A DNA stretch of 64,000 nucleotides from Deltaproteobacteria bacterium (GTDB taxonomy: Bacteria; Myxococcota; UBA727; VGSZ01), in NCBI GenBank assembly GCA_016874845.1, contig VGSZ01000001.1:4581-68580 (forward strand), read 5' to 3'. Below, one piece after another: positions 25,443-35,461 of this stretch; position 1 is the stretch's first letter; the number at the start of each line of letters is the position of its first letter. The translations under genes and the position numbers were made by a program. The notes under the pieces were generated by a model that saw only the letters and a list, made by a program, of their open reading frames with translations, did not search any database and was not told where the DNA came from.

Positions 25443-28220
25443 TTATCCGTGGGGCAACGTCGGCACGGTGAAGCACAGCGTCCACGCCTGCCACGGTGTG
25501 CGGCGCGCCTCGGCCCAGGCCACCACGCCGACCATCGCCGCCGCCATGCGCTCCTCGGCGTCGTCGGGCAGGCCACGGCCGCGAAACGTCACCCGCTCCC
25601 AGACGGCCACCGCGTCGCGCAGCCCGGGCACGGCCTTGGGGCGGCGTCGCCCGCGACGTCGCGGGCGGCCTGCACCAGCCCGCGCGGCGCCTGCAGCGCG
25701 CCGTCGACGACGACGCCCGCCTCGGCGAGCGCCACCAGCGCCCGCCCGTAGCGGCGCCGCACCCGCTCGGTGGGCGGCAGCGACGCGGCGGGCGTGGCCA
25801 GCGCCGCCAGGCGACGACGACGCAGCACCGGCAGCAGCGGCCCCCCCGACAGCGGCGCCGCCGGCGATCGCCTTGACCGCGTCGTCGCCCACCGCGGGAA
25901 GCGCAGCCACGATGCGCTGCAGCGCCGGCACGAGCGCGTCGGCGTCCGGCGGCCGCCACGACGGTGACGACGGCGGCGTCGACGCGGTCGGCGTCGTTGT
26001 CGACGCGTCCGGCGACGCGCGCACCGGCGCCGGGCGCGTGCGCAGCAGGAACGGCGTGACCAGCAGGCCCGCAAGCGCCAGCACGACGACGAGCAGGGTC
26101 GCCCGCCCCCGGTGCGCGCCCGAAGGCGCCGGCGCCTCGGCCCGCACCGGCCGTCGCGGCCAGCGCGTTCGCGACACCGCCTGCCGTGCGGCGACGGTGG
26201 CGATGAAGAACGCGACGACGACGACGACGAGCAGCGTCGAGGTCCCGTCCCACAGGCCGAGCCGGTCCTGCCGCCCCGCCGCGACCCCGCCGCGGTGGTT
26301 CAGCCACTCGCCGGCGGCCGCCACGTGCAGCCCCATCGGCAGCCACAGCGCCCACAGGTCGGCGCGCGGCGCCAGCAGGCGGAACGACGACGTGGCGCCC
26401 CACGACGCCCCACCGCCCAGCGCCACCAGCATCCGCTGCGGCGAATGCGTCAGGTCGAGCGCGCCGCCCAGCACCACCGCCGCCACACCGACGAGGTAGC
26501 TGCCGATGACGAACACCCAGCCGCGCAGGCACGCGCGGGCGCACGCTGCCCCGACCGCGAACCCCGGCCCGATCCCCGCCACCGCCTCCGCCGCCTCCGC
26601 CGACCACCGTTTGCCGTCGACGACGACCAGCGCCACCGTGCCCGACAACACCGCCGCGCCGTAGACGACGTACGCCCGCCGCACCGCCGCCTCCGCCGCC
26701 GCTGCGCCGCCCGCGCTCATGCCGCCGCTGATGCCACCCTCCGCGTCGCAGGTCGGCCGCCCCCGTTGATCGTTGCTCTCGTCGTCGTCGTCGCCTGCGG
26801 GGCCGTGGCCGGCGTCAGTACGAGCGCCGCGCCGCGCGCCACCATGAGGCGGTCGCCGGGCCGCGGCGCGCGCCGCGAGGCGCTCCTTGTCGCGTCGCCG
26901 CCGCGCGACGACGAGGTCGGCGCGGTGCTCGTCGCTGCCCGCCGCATGGTCGACGAAGAACAGCCGGCGCCACGACCACCGCGCCACATCGGGCAGCGTG
27001 GCTGGCACCCGCGCGTCGTCGTCGACGCCCAGCGCGGCGGTGACCACCACCACGTCGCCACGCGCGTCGACGACGTCCTGCAGCGGCACCCGTGACTGCG
27101 GCGAGGCGCGCGCCCCGAGGTCGCGCCACGCGCTCTCGCGCCTGGTGCGCCCCGGCAGCGACCGCACGCCCACGGCCCTGTCGGTCGCTGCGACGTCGCC
27201 GGTCGCAGCTTTCTCGGACAGCGCCGCGACCAGCACGACGTCGTGGCCCTGCGCCCGCAGCGCCCGCGCGACGCCCAGGGCCGTGTCGACCACGGCGTCG
27301 AGCACGCCGTGCAGCGCGGCCTCGTCGTCGCCGGTGCGGGCCAGGCCCGCCGGCGCGAAGGTGTCGAGCACGACCTGGACCTCGCGCCGCGGCGCCGGAT
27401 CGTGCTCGGGCGTGCGTACGATCCACTCGCCGGCCCGCACGCTCTGCCGCCAGTGGATCCGCCGCGCGTCGTCGCCCGTGACCCACGGCCGCAGCGCCAG
27501 CAGGTCCTCGCGCGGCCGCGGCCGGGGCACCAGCTCGTCATCGGGCTGCGTCGACGACGACCACAGCGCGCTGGCGCCGTGCACCGTCCGCGGCGCGGGC
27601 AGCACCTTGCACGTCGCCGCCGACGTCACGCCGACCACCACGCCGGTCAGACCGAGCAGGTCCTCGACGATCAACGTGGCCGACGGCCGCCGGTGCACGC
27701 CCCGCGGCGCCGGCGGCAGCAGCGCCCCCTGCGCCCGCTGGCAGCGACGACGAGGGTCGCCGCCGACAAACAACCGGCTCTCGCCGCCCAGGCGCGCCGG
27801 CAGCGGCCCCACGATGCGCAGCCCGAACCCCGCCGGCGCTACGCCGTCGAGCACGAGCGTGTCGTGCAGCGGCGTGCCCAGAGGCGCCACCGCCGGCTGC
27901 ACGCTGCGCTGCGCGCCCCGGGGCGCGCTGCCCGGCGTGGCGACGTCGCCGTCGAGCCGCACGCCGACGCTGGCGACGACGCTGGTGGTGGCCAACAGCG
28001 CCAGCGCCGCGGCCAGCAGCACCACCGCGAACACCGCGAAGCCGGCGAAGCCGCTGGCGATGGCCCCGAACAGCCCGACGAGGCCGGTGACGAACAACCA
28101 GCCGCCCCGGCGCGTCAGGAGCACCACGGCGTCGGCGAGGACGCCGAGCGCGTCGTCGACCACGGGCGATGTCGTCGTCGAGCGCGCGGCGCGCTGGCGC
28201 CACAGCCGCCGCGCGCGCAC
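25443..28220 (-). CDS. DUF58-like (vWA-fold, MoxR-partner type) region continuous with a multi-TM DUF4129-like region; either a fusion ORF or two genes with an unresolved frameshift
   Basis: DUF58 core LRPWVTGDDARRIHWRQSVRAGEWIVRTPEHDPAPRREVQVVLD. Possible second start MSAGG at 26720 (ATGA overlap in the +1 frame). C-terminal DAVAVWERVTFRGRGLPDDAEERMAAA resembles a DUF4129 tail. No in-frame stop separates the two regions. Confidence 0.5.
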   Translation of the reverse strand: MRARRLWRQRAARSTTTSPVVDDALGVLADAVVLLTRRGGWLFVTGLVGLFGAIASGFAGFAVFAVVLLAAALALLATTSVVASVGVRLDGDVATPGSAPRGAQRSVQPAVAPLGTPLHDTLVLDGVAPAGFGLRIVGPLPARLGGESRLFVGGDPRRRCQRAQGALLPPAPRGVHRRPSATLIVEDLLGLTGVVVGVTSAATCKVLPAPRTVHGASALWSSSTQPDDELVPRPRPREDLLALRPWVTGDDARRIHWRQSVRAGEWIVRTPEHDPAPRREVQVVLDTFAPAGLARTGDDEAALHGVLDAVVDTALGVARALRAQGHDVVLVAALSEKAATGDVAATDRAVGVRSLPGRTRRESAWRDLGARASPQSRVPLQDVVDARGDVVVVTAALGVDDDARVPATLPDVARWSWRRLFFVDHAAGSDEHRADLVVARRRRDKERLAARAAARRPPHGGARRGARTDAGHGPAGDDDDESNDQRGRPTCDAEGGISGGMSAGGAAAAEAAVRRAYVVYGAAVLSGTVALVVVDGKRWSAEAAEAVAGIGPGFAVGAACARACLRGWVFVIGSYLVGVAAVVLGGALDLTHSPQRMLVALGGGASWGATSSFRLLAPRADLWALWLPMGLHVAAAGEWLNHRGGVAAGRQDRLGLWDGTSTLLVVVVVAFFIATVAARQAVSRTRWPRRPVRAEAPAPSGAHRGRATLLVVVLALAGLLVTPFLLRTRPAPVRASPDASTTTPTASTPPSSPSWRPPDADALVPALQRIVAALPAVGDDAVKAIAGGAAVGGAAAAGAASSSPGGAGHARRVAAAHRAGAAPLRAGAGGARRGGRRRRRRAAGAARAGAGRPRRRGRRRPKAVPGLRDAVAVWERVTFRGRGLPDDAEERMAAAMVGVVAWAEARRTPWQAWTLCFTVPTLPHG

Positions 28221-28653
28221 GACGACGCCGGCGAGCTACAGCGCGACCAGCGGGACCGCGGTCATCGCGGTGGTCAACTCCAGCGAGGAAACGACCCGCG
28301 CACCGCAGCTGGCCAAGGGAGCAAAGGCCAGCTTGATGGGCTGCGGAGCCCGGGTCGTTTTCCGGTGCCAGCGCCTCCAGGAGGCGTTGGGGCTTCCGAA
28401 GGGGTGCGGCGCAACGCGTCCCTTCGGTCGCGCCGAAGGCGTAGGTGGCCATGCCGCAAGGCGAGCAGTGGAGGACGGCCGAAAGAGAAAACCTCGTCGG
28501 AGACCTGTCCGCCCGAGCTGCCGCGCGAGCGAAGCCAGCGAAGAGCGCGAAGAGAAGAAGAGAAGAAGAGAAGAAGAGAAAAAGGTAACCGTCCGGCCTG
28601 TGTCGTCGTGCACGTGTAGCCCGGCCCCGGCAGGGGTGGCGCCGGAGGTCACG

Positions 28654-28959
28654 ATGGCGCACGGACAGTGGACGGAGGTCGAGGCGCGCGGCGTGCTCGA
28701 TGCCTGGAAGAAGAGCGGGCTCGGGCTCGGCGAGTTCGCCCGTAGCCGTGGGAGCGTCCCGCAGCGGCTGCGCTGGTGGAAGAAGAAGCTCGCGCCCGAC
28801 CTCGGCAAGGTGATCGCGCTCCTGCCCGCGCACGTCGTGGAGCCGCGGCGCGGCGAGCCGGTGACGGAGCTTTTGCGGTCGGGGCACGTGGTCAAGGTCG
28901 GCCGCGAGTTCGACCAGGTGGCGTTCGCCCGCGTCGTCGCCGTGCTCGAGGGCGGCTGA
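28654..28959 (+). CDS. tnpA: IS66-family accessory protein TnpA (Orf1)
   Basis: 101-aa ORF; its stop overlaps the tnpB ATG at 28959. Confidence 0.6.
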   Translation: MAHGQWTEVEARGVLDAWKKSGLGLGEFARSRGSVPQRLRWWKKKLAPDLGKVIALLPAHVVEPRRGEPVTELLRSGHVVKVGREFDQVAFARVVAVLEGG

Positions 28960-29310
28960 TGCTGGGCCTGCCTCCGAGCGTCCGCATCCACTTCGCCACC
29001 GACGTCGCCGACACGCGAGAACGGCATCGACGGGTCGCGCGCGATCGTCGACGGCGTACTGAAGAAGGCCCCCGACGAGGGCAACCTCTTCGTCTTCGTC
29101 GGCAAGGCCCGCGACAAGGTGGAGGCCCTCTTCCGGGACCGCGGCGGCTTCGTGCTCTACCTGAAGCGCCTCGAGCGCGGGCGACTCCAGCTGCTAGTCG
29201 TCGACGCTCGTTGTCGCCACGTCGAGCTGGAGCCGGCGCAGCTGGCCATGCTCCTGGACGGCATCGACCTGAACGCGCGGCGGCTCGGACGCTGGAGTCC
29301 ATCGATCAAC
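28959..29310 (+). pseudogene. tnpB: IS66 tnpB (Orf2) with a frameshift near 29020
   Basis: MLGLPPSVRIHFATDVADTRE is in frame 0; the rest of TnpB is in frame +1 (ORF 29119..). Confidence 0.55.
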
Positions 29311-29802
29311 GACCGGATCGACGGACGCTGGGGCGGAAGAACTTCCTCTTCGTCCACCACGCCGACGCCGGCGAGAACATCGCCGGCCTGTATTCGCTCG
29401 CGGCGACCTGCGAGGCGCGGGGCCTCAACCCGTTCGAGTAGCTCGCCGACGTCCTCGCTCGCGCGCAGGACCACCCCGCCCGAGACCTCGACGCCCTGCT
29501 GCCAGGCGCCTCGGCCGCCGCCGACTGAACAACCGTCACGACGTCTTCGGCCGGACGGTCACAGAGCAGGGTCATCCCACCCGAAAGCAGTGTGTTCGTT
29601 TGACCACGAAGAGCGTGTCCGTCTCACCGCGGTCGTGACGCGCCTGTCGTGCGCGGGATCACGCCTGCGGCGTGCAGATCGCAAATTCGACCCGTCCGAC
29701 GGCGCCCGGACGAGCCCGCGGTCGGTGTCGGAACGTTGGCAGGAACGGTGCATCTTAACTGAGCACGCGGTCGCACCGACCGCCGCTGCAGGAGACTCCG
29801 TC

Positions 29803-29973
29803 ATGCCGCACACCAAGCGCCAGCACCCGATCCGCACCACCGTCGGCGAGCTCACCGCGGCCTACTACGAAGCCGCCCTCGCCGAGCTGAAGGACGCCGC
29901 CCTCGCCGCGCGCATCGCCCAGCGCATGGTCAAGGAGGCGCTCACCCGCGGCCACCTCGACCTCGCCCGCTGA
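29803..29973 (+). CDS. small hypothetical protein (56 aa)
   Basis: RBS GGAGAC upstream of the ATG; very high GC3. Confidence 0.4.
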   Translation: MPHTKRQHPIRTTVGELTAAYYEAALAELKDAALAARIAQRMVKEALTRGHLDLAR

Positions 29974-30169
29974 AGGTCCGGCGACAACCACCGTCGCTCA
30001 CCCGCAGCCGTCGTCGACCTGCTGCCGTCCGACCTCACTCGACTCGCGCTACCGACGCTGGACGCCGGCAGCGCCCGGGGACCGGGACCACTCTCGTGCC
30101 CCACCTCTCCTGATCGCCGGCGACGCCCCCCGCGTTCGCGTCGCCGTCGGTCTCTGCTACGACCGACGC

Positions 30170-30766
30170 ATGCGTGCTGCCGCCGCCCTCGCCCTCACCC
30201 TCTCGCTCGTCACCCTCGGCGCCTGCTCGGCCGAGGCTGCGCCGCCGTCGGGCCACGGCAGCACCCACGGCGATACCCACGGCGCCCCGCCCGCGCCGGC
30301 GGCCCCTACGGCGCCCCCCGCCGCCCTCCCCGCTGGGCCGCGCGGCGTCGTGCTCGCCCGCTACGAGGCGCTGCGCGCCGTCCTCGCCGACGACAAGGGC
30401 GCCGCGATCGCCGCCGAGCTGCCGGCGCTGCGCACCGCCGTCACCGCGATCGCCGCCGACAAGGCGGCCGGCGCCGCCGACCTGCAGAAGGGGCTCGACG
30501 GCCTCGCCGCGGCGACGGCGACGAAGGACGGCGCTGCCGTCGACCTCAAGGCCGCCCGCGTTGCCTTCGGCGAGCTGTCGCGCGGCCTCGTCGCCGCGAT
30601 CGCCGCCGACCCGGCGCTGCAGGCCGGACGCTTCCTGTTCGAGTGCCCGATGGCGGCCGGCTACCAGCGCTGGGTGCAGACCAACGCGACGATGGCGAAC
30701 CCGTACATGGGACGGCGCATGCTCGAGTGCGGCGCGGCCGTCGCCGCGTGGCGCGTTGAAGGATGA
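30170..30766 (+). CDS. DUF3347-like lipoprotein (metal-homeostasis-associated family)
   Basis: Lipobox LVTLGAC. C-terminal FECPMAAGYQRWVQTNATMANPYMGRRMLECG. Confidence 0.6.
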   Translation: MRAAAALALTLSLVTLGACSAEAAPPSGHGSTHGDTHGAPPAPAAPTAPPAALPAGPRGVVLARYEALRAVLADDKGAAIAAELPALRTAVTAIAADKAAGAADLQKGLDGLAAATATKDGAAVDLKAARVAFGELSRGLVAAIAADPALQAGRFLFECPMAAGYQRWVQTNATMANPYMGRRMLECGAAVAAWRVEG

Positions 30767-31012
30767 CCGGGGCCGATCGGAGACCTTCCGGTCCCACATC
30801 CTGAGGCCATGCTGGGTGACAGGGAGCCCCCTCCCAGGATCCCCAGAATCGGGAGAGGGCAGCGGCGCAGCCGCGGGTGAGGGCCGGCGTCGTCGCGACG
30901 TCGCGGCGGCAGCCGTCCGCGGCGGGCGCTGCCGCGGCGGGCGCCGTCGACGTCGCGACGACGCGGCGGTCGGGTTGAGCGCTGCGGCGCCCCGTGAAAG
31001 AACCAGACGACG

Positions 31013-31435
31013 ATGATCACGGCTGCCGCGCTCTCGCTGCTCCTGTGGGCCCCGGGACAGGAGGCCGCCTCGTGGCAGTCCCCGTCGAGCGCGTCGTCGT
31101 TCCTGACGCGCCCCGGCGCGCCCCTGCTCGTCGCCGGACTCGTCGCCGTCGGCGCCGGCACCCTCGCCGCGGGCCTCGGCGCCGGCGCGGGCTTCCAGCA
31201 CGCCGCCGACAGCGCCGCCCTGGACGCGGCCGTGCTGGACTACGTCGCAGCGCCCGACCGCGACAACGCCAAAGACGTCGAACAGCTGCGGCTGCGTCTC
31301 GGGTCGGCGCGCTCGCGCGAGACGCTCGCCCAGCTGCAGGCCCTCGCCGTCGTCGGCGGCGCCACCGCGATGGTCGTCGGCTGGGCGGTCGCCGCCGGCG
31401 GCGCCTGGCGCCTCACCAGCGAGGACACCCCGTGA
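31013..31435 (+). CDS. hypothetical membrane/secreted protein
   Basis: High GC3. Its stop overlaps the GTG start of the next gene (GTGA). Confidence 0.45.
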   Translation: MITAAALSLLLWAPGQEAASWQSPSSASSFLTRPGAPLLVAGLVAVGAGTLAAGLGAGAGFQHAADSAALDAAVLDYVAAPDRDNAKDVEQLRLRLGSARSRETLAQLQALAVVGGATAMVVGWAVAAGGAWRLTSEDTP

Positions 31436-32619
31436 CCGACCCCCGGCCGCCGACAACCCACCGCCCGTTCCAGCACACCCCCGCCGGGCCGTCTCTCTAC
31501 GGCCCCGGTGTCGCCGCCACCATCGCCGACAAGACGCTGCTGAAGAAGGCACGCAACGTCGTCGTCGTCACCGACGCCGGCGTGCGCAAGGCCGGCTTGC
31601 TCGAGGCCATCGTCGCGCCGTTCGGCGTCCGCGTCGTCCACGTCGAGGACGGCGTCGTCCCCGACGCCGACTGCGACCACGTCGACGCCACCGCCGCGCG
31701 CGCCCGCGAGCTCGGCTGCGACGCCGTGCTCGCCGTAGGTGGCGGCAGCGTCATGGACACCGCCAAGGGCGTGATCGCCGCGCTGGCGAAGGGCGCGTCG
31801 ATCAAGAGCCTCGAGGGCGTGGCCACCATCCGCGGCAAGACCCTGCCGCTGGTGTGTGTGCCGACGACGGCGGGCACCGGCTCCGAGGCGACGCAGTTCG
31901 CCGTGCTCAAGGACCGCGAGGAGCGCCGCAAGCGCATCTACGTCGACGCGTCGCTGGTGCCCGCCCTCGCCGTGCTCGACCCGACGCTGCTGGTCGGCCT
32001 GCCCCGCGCCGTCACCGCCGCCACCGCCGTCGACACGCTGACCCACGCCGTCGAGGCCATCGGCAGCAAGCTGCGCAACCCCATGGGCTCGGCGCTGGCC
32101 ACCGAGGCGTGCCGCCTGCTGCTCGTCGAGCAGGCGCTGTCGCGCAGCCTGCTGCGCCCCGACGACGTCGAGGCCCGCGGCGCCTGCCTGATCGCCGCGC
32201 ACCTCGCCGGGCAGGCGGTGTCGACGGCGATGCTCGGCGCCTGCCACGCCCTCGCCCACGCCGTGGGCGCCCACACCGGCGTCCCCCACGGCGTCGCCAA
32301 CGGCCTGTTTCTCGTCGACGTACTGCGGGAGAACGCGGCGAAGGCGGCGCCGGTCTACGCCACGCTGGCCCGCGCGCTGGGCCTCGGCGCGGCGCGCGAC
32401 GACGACGCCGCGCTGGTCGCCGCGCTGGTCGCCGCCATCGACGAATTCGTCTTCGACACCGCCGGTCTGCCGCGCCGGCTGCGCGACGCTGCCCCCGCCC
32501 TGACCGAGGCCGACCTGCCGATGCTGGCTGCGGCGGCGCTGGCCGACCCCGACCTGCCGACCAACCCCGTCGCCCTCGACGACGCGGCGCTGCACGCGAT
32601 CCTGCGACGACGGTGGTAG
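31432..32619 (+). CDS. iron-containing alcohol dehydrogenase family protein
   Basis: Motifs GGGSVMDTAKG and PTTAGTGSE plus His-rich metal site HALAHAVGAHTGVPHG. Confidence 0.8.
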   Translation: MTDPRPPTTHRPFQHTPAGPSLYGPGVAATIADKTLLKKARNVVVVTDAGVRKAGLLEAIVAPFGVRVVHVEDGVVPDADCDHVDATAARARELGCDAVLAVGGGSVMDTAKGVIAALAKGASIKSLEGVATIRGKTLPLVCVPTTAGTGSEATQFAVLKDREERRKRIYVDASLVPALAVLDPTLLVGLPRAVTAATAVDTLTHAVEAIGSKLRNPMGSALATEACRLLLVEQALSRSLLRPDDVEARGACLIAAHLAGQAVSTAMLGACHALAHAVGAHTGVPHGVANGLFLVDVLRENAAKAAPVYATLARALGLGAARDDDAALVAALVAAIDEFVFDTAGLPRRLRDAAPALTEADLPMLAAAALADPDLPTNPVALDDAALHAILRRRW

Positions 32620-32651
32620 GACGGGCACCTCGACGCAGCCAAGGAGCGCCC

Positions 32652-33005
32652 ATGAGCCAAAGCAACCCCTCCGAGCGTGACACGACGTGGGTCGAGGTCG
32701 AGGTGCAGAAGGGCGAGGCCGTCAGCGTCTATCGCGGCCGCGCGCTCACCAGCGAGCTCGAGCGCTGGCGCAACGGCGAGTTCGTGCGCGGCGCGCTGAC
32801 CCTGTTCGACGTCTATTGGTCCTACGAGGCCGGTGACGGCGAGGCCTGGGTCGTCGTCGGCGCGACGCCGGGGCCCTACGCCGCCGCCCTGGGCACGGCG
32901 CACATCCGCGCCGACCAGGTGCTCGTCGTCATCCCGCTGCGCGACGGCGGCGACCGCGACCAGCACCGGGCGGTCACCGTGCGCCGTGGCGAGCACGACG
33001 CCTGA
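32652..33005 (+). CDS. hypothetical protein (117 aa)
   Basis: RBS AAGGAG 5 nt upstream of the ATG; high GC3. Confidence 0.5.
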   Translation: MSQSNPSERDTTWVEVEVQKGEAVSVYRGRALTSELERWRNGEFVRGALTLFDVYWSYEAGDGEAWVVVGATPGPYAAALGTAHIRADQVLVVIPLRDGGDRDQHRAVTVRRGEHDA

Positions 33006-33067
33006 GCGGCGCCTGCAAGGCTGACCGAGGAATGCCGTGCTCTTTCGGCGGCCTTCCGGCGGCCTCT

Positions 33068-33150
33068 CAGGACAGCAGGACAGCAGGACAGCAGGACAGC
33101 AGGACAGCAGGACAGCAGGACAGCAGGACAGCAGGACAGCAGGACAGCAG
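33068..33150. repeat. 8-bp microsatellite CAGGACAG x10.4
   Basis: Seen directly. It lies in the intergenic region, 74 bp upstream of the subtilase ATG at 33224. Confidence 0.9.
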
Positions 33151-33223
33151 CACCTCGGTGGCGCGGGGGGCAAGGCGGCGCGCGGGCGGCGCGGCTAGAC
33201 TCCCGCGCCACAGGAGCCCGCCC

Positions 33224-35374
33224 ATGCGCCCGTCGCCTGCCGTCACCGCCCTCGTCGCGGCCCTCGCCTTCGCCGCCCTCGCCGGGCCGGCCGCTGCGTC
33301 GTCGGCGTCGCCCGCGCCGGCGTCGCCCGCGCCGGGTTCGCGCGCCGGGTTCGCGCGCGACGCGCGCCTGATCGCCGGTCGCCTGATCGTCAAGCCCCCC
33401 GCTGGCGTCGACGACGATGCGAGCCGCGGCAAGTGGCTCGCTGGCCTCGCGCGCGCGCTCGGCGCGCCGGTGACGCTGCGCCGCCCGCTGGCGCTCGGCT
33501 GGCTGCACGTCGACGTCAAGCTCCCCGCAGGTCTCGCCCGCCGCGCCGCCGAGGACGCGACGCTGCGCCTGGTCGAGCGGGCGAAGAAGGCGCCGGGCGT
33601 CCGCGGCGCCGCCGCCGAGTGGATCCTGCGCGCGTCCCGTACGCCCGACGACCCGCTCTTCGCCGACTTCATGTGGCACCTGCAGGCCATCGGCATGCCC
33701 GAGGCGTGGGACGTCACCGTCGGGCGCACGGGCAACCGCGTCGGAGTCGTCGACACCGGCACGCTGTTTGGCCACGAGGACCTGCAGGGCCGCCGCGGCC
33801 CCGAGTACGACTTCGTCCGCAACGACCCCGTCGACGTCGACGGCGACGGCGTCGGCGACATCGGCAACGCCAACGACGGCGACGGCCGCGACGGCGACGC
33901 CACCGACCCCGGCGACGGCTGCGGCGTCGTCGACTCGAGCTTCCACGGCACCCACGTCGCCGGCACGATCCTCGGCAACGGCGACAACGGCGTGGGCATC
34001 AGCGGTGTCAACTGGGGCGCGAAGCTCGTCACCGGGCGGGCGCTGGGCTGCGGCGGCGGCAGCTCCGTCGACATCAACGAGGCGGTGCTGTGGATGGGCG
34101 GCTTCCGCGTCGACGGCGTGCCGCCCCTGGCCGTCGCCGACCGGCCCCGCGTGATCAACCTGTCGCTCGGCACCACCGGCGCCCTTTGCGCCGCCGACGG
34201 CACGCCGTCGCCCGACGGCCGGCCCATCGACCCCTACACCTTCGAGGTCTTCCGCGCCGTCGCCGGCGAGGGCGTGCTGCTGGTCGTCGCCACGGGCAAC
34301 AACGGCAACCGCGTGCCGGTGGCCTCGCCGGCCAACTGCGAAGACGCTGTCGCCGTGGCCGCCTTCGGCCCCGAGCGCGCGCTCACGGGCTACTCGAACT
34401 TCGGCCCCGAGGTCGACATCGTCGCGCCCGGCGGCGACATCGACCGGCTCCAGGACCCGCGCGCCGGCGTGCTGTCGACGACGGACGCCCGCCGCTCGCA
34501 ATTCGAGGGCGGCCTGCCCTACGCGTTCGAGCAGGGCACCTCGATGGCCGCGCCCCACGTCGCCGGCGTGCTGTCGCTGATGCTCGACGTCAACCCGAAC
34601 CTCACCCGTGCCTCCGCCGTCGCCCTGCTGCAGAGCACCGGCGACGCCTGCACCAGCTGTCAGGACAAGAAGGCGCTGCGCGCCGATCTCGCCGTCGTTG
34701 CGGCGGCGAGCGCCGAGGTCACCACCGACCCTGGCGACTCCTGCGCGGGCACCGGCTTCTGCTCCGCCGACCAGCGCTGCATCTACGTCGAGGGCGGCGC
34801 CGTGTGCCTGCTCGTCTGCGCCGCCGCCGACGACTGCGCCGCCGATCAGGACTGTGTCGCCGTGCAGGAAGGCGGCAACGTCTGTGCCCCGAGCGGCGGT
34901 GGAAGTGGCGGCGTAGAGACAGAGTGCGACGTCCGCCGCGGTCACATGGACTGCGACGTGGGCACGGGCTGCGTCGAGCAGGACGGGCAGGGGGCTTGCG
35001 TCGAAGGGGTCGACGGCAGCATCGGGGTGGGCGCGCTGTGCGAGGGTGCGGCGGACTGCTCGACGGGGCTGTGCGATCGCGGCGTGTGCACGGTGCCGTG
35101 CGACGACGAGCCGTGCCAGGCCGGCTACGACTGCGATCAGGACGTCGGCGTGCCCGGCGGGCTGTGCCGTCCGGCGTCGTGCGCCGACGACCCGGGGATC
35201 TGCGGCGGCGACGACTTCGAGTGCTCGTACTCGCCGGCGGCGCGCTACGTCTGCTCGGTGGGGCCGTCGAACTACCAGGGCGTCTGTGGCGCGCAGCCTG
35301 GCGCCAAAGACGCCCTGGGCGCGCTGGCCGCCCTGCTGCTGCTCGGGCGTCGTCGGCGTGCGCGCGGGCGGTGA
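33224..35374 (+). CDS. S8 subtilisin-family peptidase with Cys-rich C-terminal region and MYXO-CTERM tail
   Basis: Catalytic motifs VVDTGT, HGTHVAGTI and GTSMAAPHVAGV. Signal peptide after the ATG at 33224, preceded by RBS AGGAG. C-terminal ALGALAALLLLGRRRRARGR. Confidence 0.85.
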   Translation: MRPSPAVTALVAALAFAALAGPAAASSASPAPASPAPGSRAGFARDARLIAGRLIVKPPAGVDDDASRGKWLAGLARALGAPVTLRRPLALGWLHVDVKLPAGLARRAAEDATLRLVERAKKAPGVRGAAAEWILRASRTPDDPLFADFMWHLQAIGMPEAWDVTVGRTGNRVGVVDTGTLFGHEDLQGRRGPEYDFVRNDPVDVDGDGVGDIGNANDGDGRDGDATDPGDGCGVVDSSFHGTHVAGTILGNGDNGVGISGVNWGAKLVTGRALGCGGGSSVDINEAVLWMGGFRVDGVPPLAVADRPRVINLSLGTTGALCAADGTPSPDGRPIDPYTFEVFRAVAGEGVLLVVATGNNGNRVPVASPANCEDAVAVAAFGPERALTGYSNFGPEVDIVAPGGDIDRLQDPRAGVLSTTDARRSQFEGGLPYAFEQGTSMAAPHVAGVLSLMLDVNPNLTRASAVALLQSTGDACTSCQDKKALRADLAVVAAASAEVTTDPGDSCAGTGFCSADQRCIYVEGGAVCLLVCAAADDCAADQDCVAVQEGGNVCAPSGGGSGGVETECDVRRGHMDCDVGTGCVEQDGQGACVEGVDGSIGVGALCEGAADCSTGLCDRGVCTVPCDDEPCQAGYDCDQDVGVPGGLCRPASCADDPGICGGDDFECSYSPAARYVCSVGPSNYQGVCGAQPGAKDALGALAALLLLGRRRRARGR

Positions 35375-35461
35375 CGGCGCGCGCGCCGCGGCGGTGCGGG
35401 GTGCGCGCGCGTCGGCCTGCCGACGGCTTTCCGACGACGAGGAAACGCGCTAGCGAGCCCC

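Larger units (their letters stand above)
28654..29530 (+). mobile_element. degenerate IS66-family element: tnpA intact, tnpB frameshifted, tnpC reduced to its last about 65 codons with an in-frame TAG
   Basis: TnpA-like GQWTEVEARGVLDAWKKSGLGLGEFARSRG. TnpB motifs EGNLFVFVGKARDKVEALFRDRGGFVLYLKRLERG are split between two frames. TnpC C-terminus GRKNFLFVHHADAGENIAGLYSLAATCEARGLNPFE(TAG)LADVLARAQDHPARDLDALLP. Confidence 0.7.

Noticed and set aside
28236-29117. Minus-strand ORF 28236..29117 as a MoxR candidate upstream of DUF58
   Set aside because: No Walker A/B motifs. It is antisense to the IS66 tnpA/tnpB region and low-complexity.
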